Of a stretch of 64,000 nt of DNA, positions 57,113-64,000 are shown piece after piece. A program made the translations under genes and the position numbers. Source of the stretch: Oceanococcus sp. HetDA_MAG_MS8 (GTDB taxonomy: Bacteria > Pseudomonadota > Gammaproteobacteria > Nevskiales > Oceanococcaceae); contig JAHCMK010000006.1 of assembly GCA_019192445.1 (NCBI GenBank), positions 91,246 through 155,245 of the forward strand. The letters run 5' to 3'. The notes beneath the pieces are model-generated. The model searched no databases, had not been told where the DNA came from, and saw only the letters and a program-made list of their open reading frames with translations. Numbering within the stretch: position 1 is the stretch's first letter; each line of letters opens with the position of its first letter.

Positions 57113-57979
57113 TTATCCCCGAAAGCCTAAAAGCTGACTCAGTTGCTGACGGAGTGGTCTTTTCTCACGAACTCTAAGGTTGTACTCGTGCCGGTGGTGA
57201 TAGCGGAAAATGTCAGGGTACTGAGATTTCAGCCCTTCGTATTCACGGCCGTCAAAGTACTCCACAAGGTATGAGCGCCGCTGCCTTACGGAGGTGTTTT
57301 CAAAGCTACAGTGCAGTAAGTCGCGATGAATCAACAGAGCATCCCCCCTCTGCATAGCAACCGGCTTACACTCAGCGACCTTGGGGTCAACTTCGTAAAA
57401 TTGATTGAGCTGATTATCAACTCGGGTTGTCCCGTTTGATTTGCGTACGATACCTGGACTTGAATATCCCGGCTGGTGGCTTCCGGGAACGACCGTGAGG
57501 CACCCATTCTGTGCATCCACGTCGTCTAAGGGCATCCATACTGTGAAAACCGGCACCCCCAGGAAAAAGTCACTATCCCTATGCCAGTAGGTAACGCCTC
57601 CCGTGCGCGCTGGTTTGTGATAAAGCTGGTCGTCTAGTAGCCGCACGTCAGGCCCGAGAACGGCCTTAGCTGTGGCAACGATTCGAGGGTCGTGAACGAC
57701 ATCTAGAAAGGCCCTGTGATATCGGAAGGCATGCTCAATATGCAATGACGCCTTGCCGTTCACGTCGGCCAGGTTACCGTCTTCCCAAGTCAAAATGTTC
57801 TTTATAACCGGATACTTCCTCGTGTCCGTCTGCCCCTTATGACGGATAGCCTCCTCACTCAAGGCCTCCCAGGCCTTTATAAGCAGTTCTACTCGTCGTT
57901 GATCAAGTACTCCCGGAACGACAAGGAAACCATTCTCAGAGAACTGCTCCACCCCTGGGAAGTTGCCGAATGTATTCAT
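57113..57979 (-). CDS. PhyH-family Fe(II)/2-oxoglutarate-dependent dioxygenase
   Basis: 288 aa. GFLVVPGVLD start. H-x-D facial triad in WHRDSDF. Distal His in LIHRDLLHCSFEN, then RRS (2OG-binding Arg). Confidence 0.75.
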   Translation of the reverse strand: MNTFGNFPGVEQFSENGFLVVPGVLDQRRVELLIKAWEALSEEAIRHKGQTDTRKYPVIKNILTWEDGNLADVNGKASLHIEHAFRYHRAFLDVVHDPRIVATAKAVLGPDVRLLDDQLYHKPARTGGVTYWHRDSDFFLGVPVFTVWMPLDDVDAQNGCLTVVPGSHQPGYSSPGIVRKSNGTTRVDNQLNQFYEVDPKVAECKPVAMQRGDALLIHRDLLHCSFENTSVRQRRSYLVEYFDGREYEGLKSQYPDIFRYHHRHEYNLRVREKRPLRQQLSQLLGFRG

Positions 57980-57982
57980 ATG

Positions 57983-58732
57983 TTAGTTCTCTGGCTTGAT
58001 CAACAATCGTCCACACTCGTCGATACGGTGCAGGTAGGAGCCGGGTTTCTCCTTGGTTAAGTATTCGTCTACTGCCAGCCGGACTCCGGGAAAGCAACCA
58101 TAATCATCCAACAACAGTACGCCTCCAGGACTTAAGCGAGGATACAAGTGAACCATTTCATGCCTCGTTGACTCGTACCAGTCAGTATCCAGTCGGCACA
58201 GTGCCAGTTGATTCGGGGCGTTCTGCGGTAGGGTCTCTTCCACCATACCTTGAACAAATCTCAACCTATCTTCTGGGTACCCCGTGCTTTTAAGGAGTTG
58301 GACAACCTCAGCGAACGGAAGATAATCGAATGCTCCACACTCCAAAGCAGCCTCGTAACCTTGTGCAGGCGATGGAGCCTGGCCAGTAAAGTCTTTCTCA
58401 CCTGGAGGCGGCATGTGGGTGAATGTGTCGCATAAGACCAGCTCTCGGTCGCGAACACCGAGACTAAGCAAAGTCTCTGCCACAACCAGCATGCTGCCCC
58501 CTCGCCACACTCCGCATTCTAGGATTGCGCCGGGGACATCTTTGGCCACCAAATAGCGAACCGAGTCAACGAGTGCAATGATGCGCTCATTGCTTGTCAG
58601 CGTGTAGGGGCGAACTCGACCGATCAACCGACGGGTAAATTCGTCACAGTCCGATGGAAGACGTTGCTTCCGAGGATAGGCTGAAATGTCATATCCCAGA
58701 CGGCGTATCCCCCTCTTGATTAACCCTCTCAT
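57983..58732 (-). CDS. TylF/MycF-family sugar O-methyltransferase
   Basis: 249 aa. ECGVWRGGS, CDTF, metal-binding RLDTDWYEST and LLLDDYG. Confidence 0.8.
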   Translation of the reverse strand: MRGLIKRGIRRLGYDISAYPRKQRLPSDCDEFTRRLIGRVRPYTLTSNERIIALVDSVRYLVAKDVPGAILECGVWRGGSMLVVAETLLSLGVRDRELVLCDTFTHMPPPGEKDFTGQAPSPAQGYEAALECGAFDYLPFAEVVQLLKSTGYPEDRLRFVQGMVEETLPQNAPNQLALCRLDTDWYESTRHEMVHLYPRLSPGGVLLLDDYGCFPGVRLAVDEYLTKEKPGSYLHRIDECGRLLIKPEN

Positions 58733-58815
58733 GCTAAGGCCCCAACCATTCGGTATGTGTGAGATCGACTCGGCTTCGCAGGCGAGTTGGCCAAATGACG
58801 CTTAAGACCCACCTC

Positions 58816-59571
58816 TCAAGCTTTAATGACCAAGCGAGCAGCATAATCGATACGGGTCAGGAGCACAGGTTCGGCATACTGAGAAAAGTACTCATCAACC
58901 GCTTGCTTGCTGCCATGCCAATGACCGTAGTCATCTAAAATCAATACTCCACCATGCGCCAGCCTCGGGTACAAACACAACAGCTCGTGCTTCGTAGATT
59001 CGTACCAGTCGGTGTCCAATCTGAGTAGGGCCAGCTGCTCCGGTGCCTGCGTAGGAAGGGTTTCTTCAACTGGCCCTCGAACGAAATGGATACGGCTTGC
59101 GGGGTAGCCGGTCTGCATGAGCAGGTCGCGAACATTGTTCTCGTTAAACCCAGACTCTTCGAAGAACTCCTTCCATGGCCTCTCACCCCTGCCAATAGAG
59201 TTTTTCCAACTGTCTAAAGCTGGCCGCTCATAGGGTGAAGTATCGTTATTTGAGGGCATCGTCATGCCCTCGAAGGTGTCGTATAGAAAGATGTCCTTAT
59301 TATCAACGCCCATCTCTTGTAGAGTCAGAATCATCGCAAGGATGGACCCTCCTCTCCACACCCCGCATTCCGCGAAGGCCCCGTCTAGGTCACGCTGAAC
59401 ACAGTAGCGCACCGCATCAAGTAGTGCAGCGATCCGCGGCAAGCTAGTCATCGTATATGGTCGTATCGCTGAAATGATGCGATGGTCTGTTTCGGTCAGA
59501 GATTGACGCAGACGTGCGTGCGGATGTTCTTGAGGACTGCGACCCAGTGCCCGTCGTAACCGCCGAATCAC
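58816..59571 (-). CDS. TylF/MycF-family sugar O-methyltransferase, tandem paralogue
   Basis: 251 aa. ECGVWRGGS, YDTFEGM, RLDTDWYEST and LILDDYG. Confidence 0.8.
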   Translation of the reverse strand: MIRRLRRALGRSPQEHPHARLRQSLTETDHRIISAIRPYTMTSLPRIAALLDAVRYCVQRDLDGAFAECGVWRGGSILAMILTLQEMGVDNKDIFLYDTFEGMTMPSNNDTSPYERPALDSWKNSIGRGERPWKEFFEESGFNENNVRDLLMQTGYPASRIHFVRGPVEETLPTQAPEQLALLRLDTDWYESTKHELLCLYPRLAHGGVLILDDYGHWHGSKQAVDEYFSQYAEPVLLTRIDYAARLVIKA

Positions 59572-60728
59572 GCAGCACCCTCAATACGGGCCAGGGTCTT
59601 GAGCCAAACCCGCATCATTTGAGCAGTTTCCCTAAGAAACTCCTGACCTCCCTGATCCCAAATGAAACCATGCATTCGTGATGCTTGAAGCTCCAGCTCA
59701 TCCGCCAACACGGCATAAGCTTCGGTGTAGGTACTGGCTTGAAGTTTTAAACCCTGAAGCCAAGGAAGCAGATCCTCCACAATCACTTTACCCGCAAGCT
59801 CGTGATACAAGTCCTGAAAAAGGTTATGCGGCGAGCGTCGATGCTCAGCAATAGGGGACCCAAAGCATATGGCATCTCCAAGATGCTTGACACACTTTTG
59901 TAGAAAATAACCGGACAGGATGTCGCCATATCGATCAATACGCATCCCCTGGATGGGGAAACCCATCCGCACATAGTAATAGGCCGGAATCGCATCTCTA
60001 ATCAATGCGGTGTTCTGGGTGTTAATGGGGCTCCATGTTGGAGTATCTAGCAAAACAGCAGTCGAGTTCGCCGAAATTACTCGCGGGCCCTGAACCAATC
60101 TCGTAGCGGCGTCAACGTCGGGATCATCGGTCCACAGTCCTGCATTAACGGCGACGCGTCTATCGGTTGAGCCTAAAGGCTCAAGCGTGGCCCGTTCTGA
60201 AGCGCCACGCGCTGCGTAAGGGAACCCGCGCGCATAAAAAGACGCACAGTTTTCTGCATGAAGGTTTTCACAGACGTTGTACCACGGCGCCTGAGATGCA
60301 AGCATAGCTGAGCCTGGCAGAGTCGTTGTCGCAGACCCCACGATGCCATGAGCATCTATGAAGGATTCCCCTTGCAGGCAATAGTTGTCATCATCGATGG
60401 ATATGAGCGCTCTTGCCCCATGCTCCCAAGCTCGTAGAAACCCAATATTGCGACGGTTATCAGAGTTCCAGGGGATAAAGTCGGCCGGCAAACCCAGTTT
60501 TTTTAAGTAGTCAGCCTGCTCATCCAGGCTCGGGCAGTCAATATGAAAACCCATTTGCTGCGCTTGGGCTGCGGCCGCATAGACTTCCTTGGGAGTTTTT
60601 TTGTCACAAATTATTCTTAACGTGACTTTGTCACACGCATCATACTTCTCAAAATTCTCCAGGTAGCCTAATAGCCACTCAGGAGAAAATATCGTCGTTA
60701 CAACGATGTCAAATTCTGTCGGCTTCAT
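59568..60728 (-). CDS. RGP/GT75-like protein (homologue of plant reversibly glycosylated polypeptide / UDP-L-arabinopyranose mutase)
   Basis: 386 aa. Collinear with plant RGP1 by eye (window motif vs RGP1 motif):
- DIVVTTI vs DIVIPTI
- RIICDKKTP vs LIIVQDGDP
- ISIDDDNYC vs FTIDDDCFV
- ARGFPYAAR vs VRGYPFSLR
- VNAGLWTDDPDVDAATRL vs VSHGLWLNIPDYDAPTQL
- RIDRYGDILSGYF..KCVKHLG vs IGRYDDMWAGWC.KVICDHLG. Confidence 0.65.
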   Translation of the reverse strand: MKPTEFDIVVTTIFSPEWLLGYLENFEKYDACDKVTLRIICDKKTPKEVYAAAAQAQQMGFHIDCPSLDEQADYLKKLGLPADFIPWNSDNRRNIGFLRAWEHGARALISIDDDNYCLQGESFIDAHGIVGSATTTLPGSAMLASQAPWYNVCENLHAENCASFYARGFPYAARGASERATLEPLGSTDRRVAVNAGLWTDDPDVDAATRLVQGPRVISANSTAVLLDTPTWSPINTQNTALIRDAIPAYYYVRMGFPIQGMRIDRYGDILSGYFLQKCVKHLGDAICFGSPIAEHRRSPHNLFQDLYHELAGKVIVEDLLPWLQGLKLQASTYTEAYAVLADELELQASRMHGFIWDQGGQEFLRETAQMMRVWLKTLARIEGAA

Positions 60729-62002
60729 ATCTCGGGTCGCTCTCCGCTATGGCTGGTCGACTGCGGCCACCAGATGGAAACATAAAGGCCGCTAAAATGA
60801 AGAAAAAGACGCAGCCAATCTGTTTGCCCATCTAAAACCTCATGTACTGCAGATCGGTTCCCCAGCAAAGCGGGATGCCCATAGTCCTCGCAAACAAGGA
60901 CACTGCCAGGACTCAGGTACTGTTGCGGTATAGCGCGCAACAGGTACTCGGTCGCACGAAAACTGTCACAATCAATAAATGCCATCGCCAACTTTTCAAT
61001 CGGCGCGCTGTCTAATGTCTGAGTAAAGTCACCTTGAATGAGGTGTACTTTCGGCATTTTCTCAAATTTCTTTTGAACCTGAGAAAAATCCACATGGTGC
61101 GTATTTCCCCAGAAGTAATCAACACCACGTTCTTGGGGAAAGCGATCAAAGGTATCGAACAGGAAGACGCGCTTATCAGACCCCAGCAACTCCAAAGTCC
61201 GCGCAATAAGCCAACCACTGTGACCCTGGTAAGAGCCGAACTCTGCGATGTCCCCAGGGATATTCCTCTCTACAACCAACTTGAGTAGTTGGTAGAGATC
61301 CAGAAAATCACGCAGGCCGCACTTCTGTTCAAACAGGCTCAATGACTCTGCATAAATCTCGTGTGGCGTCGGCTTATCCAATAACGCGGGCGAAACGAAA
61401 AAAGTTTCCCGGTATTCGTCATGCGCAGAGAAAAATGGCTGGGCAGCGTCCAAGCCGGCAACATACTCAAACGGAAGCTGAGAAAGAAATGGATGGCGCA
61501 TCACGGCCCGTGCCAACTGGGTTTGCCGCGATGCATCTTGAAACAAGCATAGGACAAGCCTGCACTTTTCCAAGTCATCATCCGTGTCCGTGGCAATGGC
61601 TGCAATATCAGTCTCGCGAACCCTAAGACCGTTTGCTCTCAGGCGAATCAAGACACCACGATGGAAACCATCCTTAGGCCCGCTACACAGCACCCAGGCA
61701 CCAGTATTAACTGCCTCTGGGGGAAGCCGTTGCAAAACCTGCTGCACCAGTGCAGTGGCTCCTTCTTCTTGTCCACGAGCGCCATGCCAGCGCACGCGCT
61801 GAGCAATCGACGAACGACCTAGATAGCCAGCAACGCGGCCACTAATTTTTCCAGAGCGCCAGCGCCATACCCAACGGCTCCACAACAGCGCTGCTGCCCT
61901 AAACACGAACGTTTTTCCCCAAGTTCCGCAGGCTCCGACCCGCCGCGTCCTCGTCTGGAAACAGACTTGAGTAATCGCCTGTGCGGACAATCTTGCCATC
62001 AT
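60725..62002 (-). CDS. methyltransferase (TylF/Methyltransf_24-like C-terminal domain) with an uncharacterised N-terminal region of about 190 aa
   Basis: The C-terminal half carries IAEFGSYQGHSGW, LFDTFDRFP, FIDCDSFRATEY and LVCEDYG. The ATG at 62002 overlaps the upstream ABC gene by 104 nt. The alternative GTG at 61906 overlaps the ABC stop codon by only 8 nt. The start is unresolved. Confidence 0.65.
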   Translation of the reverse strand: MMARLSAQAITQVCFQTRTRRVGACGTWGKTFVFRAAALLWSRWVWRWRSGKISGRVAGYLGRSSIAQRVRWHGARGQEEGATALVQQVLQRLPPEAVNTGAWVLCSGPKDGFHRGVLIRLRANGLRVRETDIAAIATDTDDDLEKCRLVLCLFQDASRQTQLARAVMRHPFLSQLPFEYVAGLDAAQPFFSAHDEYRETFFVSPALLDKPTPHEIYAESLSLFEQKCGLRDFLDLYQLLKLVVERNIPGDIAEFGSYQGHSGWLIARTLELLGSDKRVFLFDTFDRFPQERGVDYFWGNTHHVDFSQVQKKFEKMPKVHLIQGDFTQTLDSAPIEKLAMAFIDCDSFRATEYLLRAIPQQYLSPGSVLVCEDYGHPALLGNRSAVHEVLDGQTDWLRLFLHFSGLYVSIWWPQSTSHSGERPEI

Positions 62003-63707
62003 TAACGATGAAAATTTGATCGCAATCCATCACCGTCGCCATACGATGAGCGATGACAATGACCGTCTTGACGTGGGCCATTTCCATAATCGCTTGATGC
62101 ACCGCTCTTTCGGTGTCCTGATCTAGCGCGCTGGTTGCCTCATCCAGCACGAGCACGTCCGGGTCATGGTAGAGAGCACGGGCTATACCTAAACGCTGCC
62201 TCTGCCCCCCCGACAGGCGAACACCCCGCTCCCCCACAATAGTCGCATAACCATTCTCCATATGAGCACAAATGTGCTCGTGGATTTTTGCAGTTTTGGC
62301 GGCTCTATAGACCGCTTCAATGTTCACCTCCGACGGTGGTACGCCGAAAGCGATGTTAGCGATGACTGTGTCATCAAGCAGGTAAATATCTTGGGGAACG
62401 TAGCCCATATTCGCTTGCCAGGCGTGCCGGTTCTCTTCGGTTATCACCTGGTTATCGACGATCAGCCCCCCTTTCTGCGGTGTCAGTAACCCAAGGATGA
62501 CATCGACAAGCGTTGTCTTTCCCGCACCTGTCGGGCCAACAAAGGCGACAAAACTACGCTTTGCAATATCTACACTGACATCGCTTAGCGCCTTTTTCTC
62601 AGATCCGGGGTAGCTGTAACTCACATGGTCTAGACGCAGACCATGTTCCATGGGCATTCGAGGAGGGTTGGGAGCTCTCCCTCCCTCAGGCCATGTCTGC
62701 GTGAGCTCCAGCGAAATAGACTTCAGCACGGGCGCAGTGTATTTCAGCGTTGTCAAACCCCGATAGATCGACTGGAAAGCGGGCAACATACGGTAGCCGG
62801 CGAATGCAAACGCACTGGCCAATGGCAGGAGCGCAGACAAGTTACGGTCAGCAGCAACAAAGTAGAGCACAACACTTAATAGTGCGCCAAAAGCCAGGGT
62901 CTCAATAAAATAGCGCGGGATCATCCCCAGCAAATGATTCGAGATCACCGAGCGGGAAAACTCTAATGCATGAGGCTGAAATGCGTGCACGAATGCGTCC
63001 TCACGCCCTAGTACCTTGACTTCCTTCAGCCCTCCAAAAGCCTCGTTAACAGCCTTAAGCCGAGCCTTGTTGGCGTCCAGCCTGCGCTGACCCAGACGCT
63101 CCATCCGCCGGCGAAGAACAACATACATCCCACCATAAATGACTGCGAACACGGTGGCTACAAGCAAAACCGTTACCGGGGAAAGCCAACTCAAGAAAAG
63201 CAACATGAAGATGACCATCACGCCCGAGCACGACAACCCTAAAATGATGGCAATCACACCGTGCGTTACCTGTAAGGACTCATTGACAACTGTGGTTGCC
63301 AAATCCGCTGAGTTACTAGCGATGAAGTCAACATAGGGCCGGTGGATGTAATTATGCAGTAGCGTACCCGACAACCTTCTATGAAAGTCATAACAAAACT
63401 TCGTTATCCACCATTGACTCAACATAGCCAGGCTATTGGCCATGATCAGCATCACAAGGATCAGACCCCCAAAAATTAGAGTGAAAGTCTTATGCGAATC
63501 AATACCGGCCAGGTTTGCAAACGATGCAAGCCACCTATTCTCCCAAATCATTTCCGGGCGGGTCAGCATGGAGATGAAGGGAACCACTGAACCAATGCTC
63601 GCGACTTGCACAACGCCGAGTACAGCGGCAAACGGCAAGATCAAAGCAAACTGTTTACGCTCACTATGGGTAAGTAGCAAGCGCAAGTCGCGCACCATAG
63701 ACTTCAT
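61899..63707 (-). CDS. fused TMD-NBD ABC exporter (MsbA/PglK/NdvA-like half transporter)
   Basis: 602 aa. N-terminal 6-TM domain. Walker A GPTGAGKTT, signature LSGGQRQRLGIARAL, Walker B VLVLDEATSALD and H-loop IVIAHR. Confidence 0.9.
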   Translation of the reverse strand: MKSMVRDLRLLLTHSERKQFALILPFAAVLGVVQVASIGSVVPFISMLTRPEMIWENRWLASFANLAGIDSHKTFTLIFGGLILVMLIMANSLAMLSQWWITKFCYDFHRRLSGTLLHNYIHRPYVDFIASNSADLATTVVNESLQVTHGVIAIILGLSCSGVMVIFMLLFLSWLSPVTVLLVATVFAVIYGGMYVVLRRRMERLGQRRLDANKARLKAVNEAFGGLKEVKVLGREDAFVHAFQPHALEFSRSVISNHLLGMIPRYFIETLAFGALLSVVLYFVAADRNLSALLPLASAFAFAGYRMLPAFQSIYRGLTTLKYTAPVLKSISLELTQTWPEGGRAPNPPRMPMEHGLRLDHVSYSYPGSEKKALSDVSVDIAKRSFVAFVGPTGAGKTTLVDVILGLLTPQKGGLIVDNQVITEENRHAWQANMGYVPQDIYLLDDTVIANIAFGVPPSEVNIEAVYRAAKTAKIHEHICAHMENGYATIVGERGVRLSGGQRQRLGIARALYHDPDVLVLDEATSALDQDTERAVHQAIMEMAHVKTVIVIAHRMATVMDCDQIFIVNDGKIVRTGDYSSLFPDEDAAGRSLRNLGKNVRV

Positions 63708-63713
63708 GTCGTA

Positions 63714-64000
63714 TTACGCTTGAGGGCTCTTCTCAAGCACACCTCGAAAATACGCAACGGTATGCCGTAAACCCTGCTCTAGGGCGACATCGGGCATCCA
63801 ATGCAGATTATCTTTTGCGTAAGTGATATCCGGCTGCCGCTGCTTGGGATCATCTTGGGGAAGCGGCTCAAAGCTGAACCCTCCACTCATGCCGGTGAGC
63901 TGCTGCACCTTTTCCGCCAGCTCCAACATGGTGAATTCAGCCGGGTTGCCCAAGTTGACCGGCCCAGTGAGATCATCGGCGGACTCCATGAGCCGAATTA
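63714..64000 (-). CDS. UDP-glucuronate decarboxylase (UDP-xylose synthase), C-terminal part only; the gene continues beyond the window
   Basis: [20 protein letters not shown]...[18 protein letters not shown]...[12 protein letters not shown] is alignable by eye with the human UXS1 C-terminus ([17 protein letters not shown]...DDPQKRKPDI). The reading frame is open to position 64000. Confidence 0.8.
   Translation of the reverse strand, partial: IRLMESADDLTGPVNLGNPAEFTMLELAEKVQQLTGMSGGFSFEPLPQDDPKQRQPDITYAKDNLHWMPDVALEQGLRHTVAYFRGVLEKSPQA

Overview
A high-GC Gram-negative (proteobacterial) chromosome segment made of two very different parts.

**Part A (1-20.7 kb): core and sulfur-redox genes.**
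- A degenerate GGDEF protein and a FadL-type outer-membrane channel.
- A mitochondrial-type sulfide-oxidation set: lipoprotein rhodanese, 1-Cys peroxiredoxin, DUF3365 haem-c protein, type II SQR, and an ETHE1-like persulfide dioxygenase coupled to a SulP/STAS permease.
- A CUT1-type ABC importer, a DsbD-family protein, a GT9 heptosyltransferase, Fe-S (APS-type) CysH, an M48 protease and a KefB/C antiporter.
- It ends in tRNA-Ala(GGC) and tRNA-Glu(UUC), with a recognisable promoter and terminator.

**Part B (20.7 kb to the window end, at least 43 kb): a visibly lower-GC glycan island.** The right border is not reached, and no integrase or transposase is visible. It contains:
- An export/polymerisation module: a FecR-domain protein with a Pro/Thr tandem-repeat tail, a beta-barrel OMP, a short OPX, a PCP/BY-kinase, a Wzy_C protein and a convergent priming phosphoglycosyl transferase.
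- About 30 tailoring genes: 4 sulfotransferases, 9 methyltransferase domains (class I, FkbM, TylF), 6 GT2, 3 GT8 (one fused to FkbM), 2 GT4, a GT9-like protein, 2 acyltransferase-3 proteins and a PhyH dioxygenase.
- A homologue of plant RGP/GT75 UDP-arabinopyranose mutase, a second Wzy_C protein, a fused ABC exporter and a truncated UDP-xylose synthase.

**Most interesting reading:** an undescribed pathway for a heavily sulfated, O-methylated, acylated, pentose-containing surface glycan.

All calls rest on motifs read by eye. No database search was run.
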